DNA of 44,468 nt. Source: Hormoscilla sp. (GTDB lineage Bacteria; Cyanobacteriota; Cyanobacteriia; Cyanobacteriales; Desertifilaceae). Made by a program: the position numbers and the translations under genes. The stretch covers positions 1 through 44,468 of the forward strand of contig JBFRWI010000081.1 in the NCBI GenBank assembly GCA_051439505.1, read 5' to 3'. Positions 37,048-44,468 of this stretch are shown here, piece after piece (position 1 is the first letter of the stretch; the number at the start of each line of letters is the position of its first letter). The notes beneath the pieces are model-generated. The model worked only from the letters and a program-made list of their open reading frames with translations. It was not told the DNA's origin and did no database searches.

Positions 37048-39012
37048 CTATGCCTTACTCACATATTTCTTAACAATCTCAAATCCTTACACTGTCTTGA
37101 TTTGAGACGATTGATTCAAGAAAGTTAACAAGATGCTTAAAAAAAGTTAACATTTTTATCAGTCCTCCGAAAAGTGTGCGTAGCGCGGCAGCGTCGGGAC
37201 GAGCGCCGGTGCTAAAAAGTTAAATCATGATTAAATAAAACGACTCTAGCAACACCAGTAGCTCTCATTATAATGAGCAGGAGCTAGCAAAAATTAGACA
37301 TTGACCGCAAATGATGCAAGAATGGGCCGCAGAAGAACTAAAATGTGCTGATTTGGGCGATCTCCGTCGCAACAAAAGACTCGAAAAAATTGTATCTGAT
37401 TTAGCAGAACAACCCAATGCTAGTATCCCGCAAGCTTGTGGGGACTGGGCAGCGACCCAAGCAGCTTATGACTTTTGGGCAAATCCACGAGTCAAAGCCG
37501 AAGGGATTCGCGATTGCCACCAACAAAGCACGATTGAACGAGTCAAACAATATGAAACAATTTTAGCAATTCAGGACACCACAGAACTAAATTTTACCCA
37601 CCATGCAAGTAAAAAAGGAATGGGGTATTTGGATAGTAAAACCAGTCGAGGACTAAAAGTTCACTCGGTTTTTTGTACCAGCGCGACAGGAGTACCGTTG
37701 GGAGTGTTAAATCAGCAAGTGTGGGCACGGGATATTTCTAATATAGGTAAGAAGCATTCTCGACACAAAAGGGAAACGAAAGATAAAGAAAGCCAACGGT
37801 GGCTGGACTCGTTATCGGCAACGGAAAGAGTTATTCCAGGAGATGTTACTGTGGTTACGGTAGCGGACCGCGAAGCGGATATTTATGAGTTTTTGGCCAA
37901 GCCGAGGCGAGAAAATTCAGAGCTTTTAATTCGGGCTTATCAGAACCGTTCTGTAAAAGCAGTTGACTCAGAGGAAATAGAGAAATTAGAATCAGCTATT
38001 CGTAAAGTTGCTCCTGTAGGAGTTGTAACGATAGAATTATCAAAAAATCCCGAGAGAAAGGCCCGCGAAGCAACCTTAACCCTACGGACTACTTTGGTAG
38101 AGATTCAACCACCCAAAACACATATTAACTACAAATCATTAAAGCCAATAAAAATACAAGTAATTCTGGCAGAGGAAGAAAATCCACCTGATGGAGTTGA
38201 GCCAGTTAGCTGGTTGTTGTTAACGACCCTGACGATTACTGGCTTTGACGACGTGGTGCAATGCCTGCGTTGGTATAGCTATCGTTGGATAATAGAACGT
38301 TACCATTATGTCTTAAAAAGTGGTTGTCGTTTAGAACAACTACAACTAGAAACAGCCGATCGCATTGAAAAAGCTTTAGCCACGTATACGATTGTGGCAT
38401 GGCGATTATTGTGGCTTACCTACTTTACTCGTTACAACCCAGAGGCCCCAGCAGATACAATTTTAGAAACCCATGAGTGGCAAGCTCTTTACTGCACGAT
38501 TAATAAAACTTCGAGACCGCCTGATACTCCGCCAACAATAAATACTTGTATTCTTTGGATTGCTAAGTTAGGTGGTTTTTTGGGACGGAAACGGGATGGA
38601 GAACCAGGAGTAAAAACTATTTGGCGAGGGTTGCGACGCTTGCATGACATAGCTGATACTTGGATTTTAGCTTCAACCCAATCCCTTTCTTTTGTATAGC
38701 CAACCTAAATCATTTGTGTAAATTTTCGGTCTTACCATTACTCACATACTTATGGTGCAAGGGTTTCGACGCTTAACGTTGCCTTGGAGCAAGACTTTTT
38801 TGCCGCTCACTTTCAAGATATAAATTATTCGATAAGCAGGAGAATTAATCACCAGTAAATGATTGGGGAAACACTCAATTATTTTCATATATGATCGGAT
38901 ATGTCATAAATGTCATAAGTTACCCAAAATAATTGATAGTCCCCCCCACTCCCCCCCTCCCCCACTCCCCCCCTCCCTGACAAATGTTAAGAAATATGTG
39001 AGTAAGGCATAG
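37048..39012 (+). mobile_element. Complete IS4-family element (IS50/Tn5-like), 1965 bp
   Basis: Perfect 28-bp TIR CTATGCCTTACTCACATATTTCTTAACA; 9-bp TSD CTTAGAAAG. Confidence 0.95.
37311..38699 (+). CDS. IS4-family (Tn5-like) DDE transposase
   Basis: LGDLRRNKRL, IQDTT, KESQRW, VADREADIY, WLLLTT, Y..RW.IE.YH..LKSG, LGGFLGRK.DG.PG..TIWRG. Confidence 0.96.
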   Translation: MMQEWAAEELKCADLGDLRRNKRLEKIVSDLAEQPNASIPQACGDWAATQAAYDFWANPRVKAEGIRDCHQQSTIERVKQYETILAIQDTTELNFTHHASKKGMGYLDSKTSRGLKVHSVFCTSATGVPLGVLNQQVWARDISNIGKKHSRHKRETKDKESQRWLDSLSATERVIPGDVTVVTVADREADIYEFLAKPRRENSELLIRAYQNRSVKAVDSEEIEKLESAIRKVAPVGVVTIELSKNPERKAREATLTLRTTLVEIQPPKTHINYKSLKPIKIQVILAEEENPPDGVEPVSWLLLTTLTITGFDDVVQCLRWYSYRWIIERYHYVLKSGCRLEQLQLETADRIEKALATYTIVAWRLLWLTYFTRYNPEAPADTILETHEWQALYCTINKTSRPPDTPPTINTCILWIAKLGGFLGRKRDGEPGVKTIWRGLRRLHDIADTWILASTQSLSFV

Positions 39013-39491
39013 CTTAGAAAGGGGGGCTTCAAAGCCCCCCCCTTTCGGAAGGGGGGGTTTGGGGGGGATCCTCTCCAACTACTTTTGACCACACCCGACC
39101 TCAATAGCCTCAGCGGTATTCTATTGAATCAATTTCCGGTGACAGGCCCTCAACAGATACATCATGGCGATGTGATTCGACTGGGGCAGGTGTATCTGCA
39201 TGTGGAGTTGCTTGAGGCGACGGGGCCTTAAGCAATTCAAAATTCAAAATTCAAAATTCAAAATATGAAAAGCGATTGATAGCAAGGGTTTCAGCATTTG
39301 GATCCATGCAATTTAAATGGGCGACAGCTTAGAGACTTGCTGACAAATCTTTTACTCGCCAAACAGTCTGTACTCAAGAATAGCTTTACCTGATTGGTAC
39401 AATAAGAGTTCAAGGCGCAAGGAATTGGAACCCTTCGGGAGTCGCGGATGTTCTCCAGAAAGCACTCCCGCCCCGAGACTGGTCGATCTCT

Positions 39492-39647
39492 ATGCTTTAG
39501 CCCAGTTGCGCTATCAAGGGGATGTCGAACGCACTGCACGTCAGTTGTTAACCGACTTTAGAAAAGGACAGCTCTCACAGTCTGGAATTGCCGCCTCATA
39601 TCCAAACCTAAAATAAACATCTGACGGTTAATAGTTGTCGAATGCCT
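39492..39647 (+). pseudogene. Duplicated 3' end of ylqF plus downstream spacer
   Basis: Near-identical to 36592-36750, with a small indel near the stop. Confidence 0.88.
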
Positions 39648-39804
39648 CGATCGTCCACGTAAAGCGAGAAATTGATGGGGTCGTGGGTCACTTTTAGCGA
39701 TGGAGACCAACCAACTCAGGGCCGATAGCAAGTAATAACGTTATTCTTATCCAGATTAACGTTTTTACTCTCCCAATTAACTTGTTTTTAAATAAATATT
39801 AATG

Positions 39805-39951
39805 CTCGTCTCGCCTCAAGGAACGGTAGTTTGGCCTCAAGGAACGGTAGTTTGGCCTCAAGGAACGTTAGTCTCGCCTCAAGGAACGTTAGTCTCGTCT
39901 CAAGGAACGTTGGTCTCGTCTCAAGGAACGTTGGTCTCGCCTCAAGGAACG
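39805..39951. repeat. 21-bp tandem repeat, 7 units (..GTCTCGCCTCAAGGAACG)
   Basis: Invariant CTCAAGGAACG every 21 bp, no spacers; degenerate continuation to about 39993. Confidence 0.92.
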
Positions 39952-40450
39952 TTGGTCTTACCGAAATATACGCTCGGAGCGCCCAGATATACCCTCGGAT
40001 AGATTCCGGTGGTGGGTCTTAACACTACTTGTACCCTCCTCCATTGATTATAACGCTCGTATTCTATTTCTGTACGAGTCCCCCTTCGAGAGTCACCGAT
40101 GACCCTGGCAGACTCATGTAATATCCTTGTCAGAGTCACCGAACAGGTCCCCACAGGAGACAGCGCCCCGAGACTGGTCAGTCTCTATCCAGCGACAGAA
40201 CTATTGCGACGAGGTAAACTCAGAGAATATATTTGGGACAGGTCTGCTTCGGTGCCCCCCGTGAGTTAGTATCGCATTAGAGTCTATTTGAAGAAAACAT
40301 TGTCTATTATCAGTTGCAGGTATTGTCAAGGGTTCATCTGGTAAATCACGCGCCAAACATCCCTGGGGAAACAGGATCCAGATTTAACCCGAGGGTTTGC
40401 AGGAGTTGGAAAATGCCTTGGTCGCCAGATTCATACGAGGTTTGGGAGTA

Positions 40451-42136
40451 ATGACGGAATTTTCGCTGCGCCTACAAGTTGAGGGAAATACAGAAACGAC
40501 GGTTAACGTGAATTTGGATCGATTTACCCTGGGGCGATCGCCGGAATGCAACCTGCACTTGCCTTTTTACGGAGTTTCCCGGCGTCATGCCCGCTTTACA
40601 CGCACAGATGAGGGGATGTGGATCCTTGAAGACCTAGGTAGCCTCAACGGTACTCTCTTGAATCAATTTCCGGTGACAGACCCTCAACAGATCCATCATG
40701 GGGATGTGGTGCAAGTGGGAGTGGTGTTTATGAATGTGGTGTTGGTGGGGACAACGCGGCCTAAGAAAACACTCGCGGACCACATCACTGACGGAACGAC
40801 GATCTTGCGCAATGTTCGGGACCTGCAACAACAATGGATATCGGCTGATACTGGAGAAGAGACTGCTGGCAACCATAGCAAAGCCATTGCCCGCCTGAAG
40901 GATCTGGTGGAGATTTCTAAGGGTCTGAATTCGGCTGAATCTATAGAAGCAATTTTTGCCCGGGTGCAGTCCATAGTTTTCCGCGATCTGAAGCGGATTG
41001 AGCGTCTAGCCCTATTAATAGATGTTAATGGTACGGGGCAAACTAGATTGATGAATGCTGCTACCAGACACCCTGATGAGGAGGAGGATATAGCGGCTGA
41101 TAGCAGTTGGATCAGTCATAGCATCTGTCAAAAGGTATTTGCCGAGAGGGTAGCCATTCAAACAATTGATGCCCAGGAAGACGAACGTTTTGAGGCCGAA
41201 ATGAGTATTTTAAGCAAGGGCATCCGCAATGCTATGGCCGTGCCCCTGTGGGATGAGAATAAAGTGGTGGGCGTCCTCTATGCTGATGCCCGTCTGTCTT
41301 CTGACTATGGGACTGCCGAAGCAGAGGAGGACTTGAGCTTTTTTTCGGCTTTAGCAAATCTAGTGGCTTCTAGTATCCAGCGTTGGCTGTTGCAGAGGAA
41401 ACTTAGAAGCGAAGAGGTGATTCGGCAAAGACTAGAACGCTATCATACTCCGGCAGTGGTGCAGCAGATGCTGGCTACTGGAACCCTCCAGGATGGTCGC
41501 TTACCTCTAGCAGAACATGAAATCAGCATCCTGTTTGCCGATATTGTCGGCTTTACCGCCCTTTCCGAACGCTTGAAGCCATGGGAGATTGCGGAATTGC
41601 TGAATAATTTCTTTGAGGAAATGTTGCAGGAAGTGTTTGTCGCCAAGGGGACTTTAGATAAGTTCATTGGAGATTGCATTATGGCATTTTTTGGCGCTCC
41701 CGAACCCCAGCCGGATCATGCCGATCGGGCGGTAGGAGTTGCGAGGGCGATGCTATCGCGTTTAGATCATTTGAATGGAATTAAGCGCTGGAAGGAACCG
41801 ATCCAATTAAGAATTGCGATCAACAGTGGCAAAGCTGTGGTGGGAGATATCGGCAGTTCTCAAAGAGTGGACTATACGGTGTTAGGATCGACAATTAATC
41901 TGGCATCGCGGATGGAAGGTGTTTGTCCTCCTGGTGAATGTGTGGTGAGTGAATCAACCTATAAATTGTTGCGCGGGCGTCAAGGTCTAGTGGAGATGGG
42001 AAGTTACCGTTTTCGAGGCATTGGGCGACCGATAACAATTTTTCAGACTAAACGGAATTCTTCTCCTCTCCCTTCGCGGCTGCCGCCGCCTCCTCCTCCT
42101 CCTCCCCCTCCTCCTCCTTCGCCTGTCCGGAAGTAG
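40451..42136 (+). CDS. FHA-GAF class III adenylate cyclase (CyaD-like architecture)
   Basis: FHA (GR, SRRH, GSLNGT), GAF (AVPL..GVLYAD), and cyclase motifs FADIVGFT, DKFIGD, DYTVLG..INLASRME; polyproline tail. Confidence 0.92.
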   Translation: MTEFSLRLQVEGNTETTVNVNLDRFTLGRSPECNLHLPFYGVSRRHARFTRTDEGMWILEDLGSLNGTLLNQFPVTDPQQIHHGDVVQVGVVFMNVVLVGTTRPKKTLADHITDGTTILRNVRDLQQQWISADTGEETAGNHSKAIARLKDLVEISKGLNSAESIEAIFARVQSIVFRDLKRIERLALLIDVNGTGQTRLMNAATRHPDEEEDIAADSSWISHSICQKVFAERVAIQTIDAQEDERFEAEMSILSKGIRNAMAVPLWDENKVVGVLYADARLSSDYGTAEAEEDLSFFSALANLVASSIQRWLLQRKLRSEEVIRQRLERYHTPAVVQQMLATGTLQDGRLPLAEHEISILFADIVGFTALSERLKPWEIAELLNNFFEEMLQEVFVAKGTLDKFIGDCIMAFFGAPEPQPDHADRAVGVARAMLSRLDHLNGIKRWKEPIQLRIAINSGKAVVGDIGSSQRVDYTVLGSTINLASRMEGVCPPGECVVSESTYKLLRGRQGLVEMGSYRFRGIGRPITIFQTKRNSSPLPSRLPPPPPPPPPPPPSPVRK

Positions 42137-42145
42137 CGTAGAAGA

Positions 42146-43333
42146 TTAAACATGAAAGTCCATTTTAGCTAGTTCTGTACGGATGCGTTTGGCCTCGGCG
42201 GGGTTATGCTGTTCGTGGAGGGCGATCGCCTCTTGGAAGGCGGCCAAACTGGCGGAAACATTCCCGCCTTTCAGCAGGGCGACTCCTAAGTTTTGATATG
42301 CTTCTGCATAGGTAGGATTTAGCTTCAGGGCTTGCTGGTAGGCGGCGATCGCCTCATCTAACCTGCCCAGTTGTTTCCAGGCCATACCCAGATTATAGTG
42401 TCCGATCGCGAAGCTAGGGTCAATCTGGATAGTTTGCTGATAGAGCATCATCGCTCCGACTATGTTACCCGATTCCTTGCGCAAATTGCCCCAATTATTG
42501 TAAGCCCCGATTTTCAACTTGCGGAGAATGGGCAATTCTGCTGCTGACTGATAGTGATGTTGGGCTTTGGGGAGATTTCCCTGGCGACTGTAAGCAATAG
42601 CTAAATGATAATGGAGTTCGTAGAGAACCATTTCTTCTGAGGTCAAGGGTAAAGCTTTTTCTAGCAGGGCAATTCCCTGGGCGACTTCCTGCATTTGCAC
42701 GTACAAGGCTCCCAATTTACTACAGGTATAGGGGTCATCTGGATGTGCCGCCAGGTATGCTTCCATTGCTGTCAGGGCTCTGATATATTTATTTTTAGCA
42801 GCTATTGTGCCCGGTTGATAGCCATAATGGGCAATGGCTACTGACTCCAGATGGCCTACTTGCCACTTGGGTTCTCGCTGCAATAGCTGGATGATGCTGT
42901 CATCTACCATTTGATGATAGGGGCGATCGAACTTGATATCGGGGTGCTTTCTAAATAGCCGCGAGACTAGGGAATAGGGGGATTGGGTGGCTCCGATTTC
43001 TTGGCGAATTAAGTTGATTAAAATGTAGTTTTCCCCGGCGATCGCCTCTTTTATTTGCGGTACGATGTGAGGAGAAAGTTCTTCATCAGCATCTAAGACC
43101 AGGATCCAATCCCCTGTGGCCTGTTCGAGGGAAAAGTTGCGGGCCGGTGAGAGGTTGGGGTCCTGGGGGAAGCGATAGACTTTGGCGCCCAATTCCTTGG
43201 CAATGGCCGGGGTGCGATCGGTGGAACCGGTATCCACCACCACCATTTCATCGACGACATCCTTGACGCTGTTCAGACAGCTAGGCAAGGACGCCTCTTC
43301 ATCTTTGACGATCGCGCACAGGCTGATTTTCAT
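42146..43333 (-). CDS. Family 2 glycosyltransferase with TPR repeats
   Basis: SLCAIVKDEE, VDTGSTD, ARN, LDADE, HYGY, then TPR repeats. Confidence 0.92.
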   Translation of the reverse strand: MKISLCAIVKDEEASLPSCLNSVKDVVDEMVVVDTGSTDRTPAIAKELGAKVYRFPQDPNLSPARNFSLEQATGDWILVLDADEELSPHIVPQIKEAIAGENYILINLIRQEIGATQSPYSLVSRLFRKHPDIKFDRPYHQMVDDSIIQLLQREPKWQVGHLESVAIAHYGYQPGTIAAKNKYIRALTAMEAYLAAHPDDPYTCSKLGALYVQMQEVAQGIALLEKALPLTSEEMVLYELHYHLAIAYSRQGNLPKAQHHYQSAAELPILRKLKIGAYNNWGNLRKESGNIVGAMMLYQQTIQIDPSFAIGHYNLGMAWKQLGRLDEAIAAYQQALKLNPTYAEAYQNLGVALLKGGNVSASLAAFQEAIALHEQHNPAEAKRIRTELAKMDFHV

Positions 43334-43396
43334 CTTGTTACTGGTTTGGGAGTACCTTTGTTATGGTATAGTATAAAGGAATGAATGGGGATATGC

Positions 43397-43503
43397 AATT
43401 GCTAATGGCTAATTGCTAATTGCTAATGGCTAATTGCTAACTGCTAATGGCTAATTGCTAATGGCTAACTGCTAATGGCTAATTGCTAATGGCTAATTGC
43501 TAG
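43397..43503. repeat. Long heptamer STRR (GCTAAT[T/G]-type)
   Basis: About 15 tandem units, followed by TGACAAC units. Confidence 0.88.
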
Positions 43504-43592
43504 CAAGTTGACAGATGACAACTGACAGTTGACAACTGACCATTAGCCGCTCGCAATATTAGATCCCAATTGAAAATTCACAATTATCAAAA

Positions 43593-44228
43593 ATGTCACA
43601 ATATGATGCTATATTAATTCCCGGAGGCGGGGTGAGAGAGGGAGGGGAGTTGCCGATCTGGGTGCAGCGGCGCTTGGATCGCTCTCTGGACATCCAACAA
43701 GGAGAATATATCATTACTCTGAGTGCGGGCACCACTCACAAACCTCCTCCTTTAGATGATAAGGGATTTCCGATTTTTGAGGCGATCGGGGCAGCGAATT
43801 ATTTGGTGAAACGGGGATGGGACCCGAAGAAAATCCTCACGGAGACCAGTTCCTATGATACAATTGGAAATGCCTACTTTTCCCGGGTAATTCATATCGA
43901 GCCGAGGGGCTGGCGGAAATTACTGATAATCACGTCAGAATTTCATCTGGCCAGAACGAAAAGCATTTTTCAATGGGTTTACGGTTTAGGGGTGCCGGCA
44001 AATTATTATCAGTTACAGTTTGAGTCGGTGACAGATGCAGGAATTGAGCAGGAGGCCCTGGAGGCGAGAAGGGAAAAGGAACGGCAGAGTTTAGTAAGGT
44101 TAGCGGAGATTCAAAGTCAAGTGCAGAGTTTCCCACAGCTGCACGAATGGTTATTTACGGAACATGGTGCTTACTCGGTGTCGGTACGGCCCCAACAGGT
44201 AAAAGATAGTAAATTGGAGATGTATTAA
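43593..44228 (+). CDS. YdcF/DUF218-family protein
   Basis: DAILIPGGG, RLD, E..S.DTIGNA, IITSEFHLAR. Confidence 0.88.
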   Translation: MSQYDAILIPGGGVREGGELPIWVQRRLDRSLDIQQGEYIITLSAGTTHKPPPLDDKGFPIFEAIGAANYLVKRGWDPKKILTETSSYDTIGNAYFSRVIHIEPRGWRKLLIITSEFHLARTKSIFQWVYGLGVPANYYQLQFESVTDAGIEQEALEARREKERQSLVRLAEIQSQVQSFPQLHEWLFTEHGAYSVSVRPQQVKDSKLEMY

Positions 44229-44309
44229 GGGAGTTGCACATTTTTACCGATGATAGCAGGCAATTTTTACAATTGGCTATCCCACGATCGGGAAAAAATT
44301 ATTAAACCC

Positions 44310-44339
44310 TTGACAAGTTCCACTCCCGTTAGCTATACT
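44310..44339 (+). promoter_or_regulatory. Near-consensus sigma70 promoter
   Basis: TTGACA-18bp-TATACT with an AT-rich upstream stretch. Confidence 0.65.
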
Positions 44340-44468
44340 TGATTAAGAATAAAGGTTCATGGGGGCTTGGAAAATCACACCCTCCCAAGCCCAAGCGAAA
44401 CCAGGGATGCCCGGCCCGGACTGCGCAAAAAGCGCCCCACTTGGGTCAAGCAACGGTTCACCAGGCGC

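Larger units (their letters stand above)
36974..39096. mobile_element. MITE family B copy carrying an IS4 insertion
   Basis: TIR GGGTGTGGTCAAAA at both ends; 9-bp TSD GACCTCAAT (36965-36973 and 39097-39105). Confidence 0.9.
36785..39231 (+). pseudogene. Stand-alone FHA-domain gene interrupted by nested MITE and IS
   Basis: 36785-36973 and 39106-39231 rejoin in frame to a 104-aa FHA protein (GR..SRRH..DL) paralogous to the cyclase N-terminus. Confidence 0.85.

Noticed and set aside
38941..38980. C-rich tract inside the IS4 right end as a functional G-quadruplex
   Set aside because: It is a short CCCCCACT-type simple repeat of a kind common in cyanobacteria, and nothing supports a function.
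39805..39993. CRISPR array
   Set aside because: The units are contiguous 21-mers with no unique spacers, and there are no cas genes in the window.
1..44468. HIP1 abundance as a novelty; tRNA or rRNA genes
   Set aside because: HIP1 is a well-known cyanobacterial feature, and no tRNA cloverleaf or rRNA signature was recognised.

Overview
Genomic window from a cyanobacterium, inferred from dense HIP1 GCGATCGC octamers, heptamer STRR tracts and REP-like GTAGGGTGGGCA palindromes; the gene set looks like a filamentous Oscillatoriales-type strain. The housekeeping backbone includes pyrR, fni, sppA, coaD plus a DivIVA-like gene, miaE, xth, a FurA-like regulator, FutC/FutB iron-ABC components, pgk, ylqF, an FHA-GAF adenylate cyclase, a GT2-TPR protein and a YdcF protein. 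Accessory material includes: (i) a toxin-antitoxin patch (two tandem MNT-HEPN pairs whose HEPNs lack the RxxxxH residues, a Panacea/SocA pair, a clipped DUF433); (ii) an uncharacterised cluster at about 13.4-24.5 kb with two AsnB-like ligases lacking the N-terminal Cys, a LysA-fold protein lacking the PLP lysine, and two tandem Zn-ribbon/transmembrane/Top6A-Toprim-like paralogs; (iii) two tandem IsaR1-like sRNA candidates between fur and futC; (iv) two MITE families with clear target-site duplications, one copy carrying a complete IS4 and sitting inside a duplicated FHA gene. At least six local tandem duplications are visible. No rRNA, tRNA or CRISPR array was seen. Family calls come from motif recognition by eye, not from database searches.
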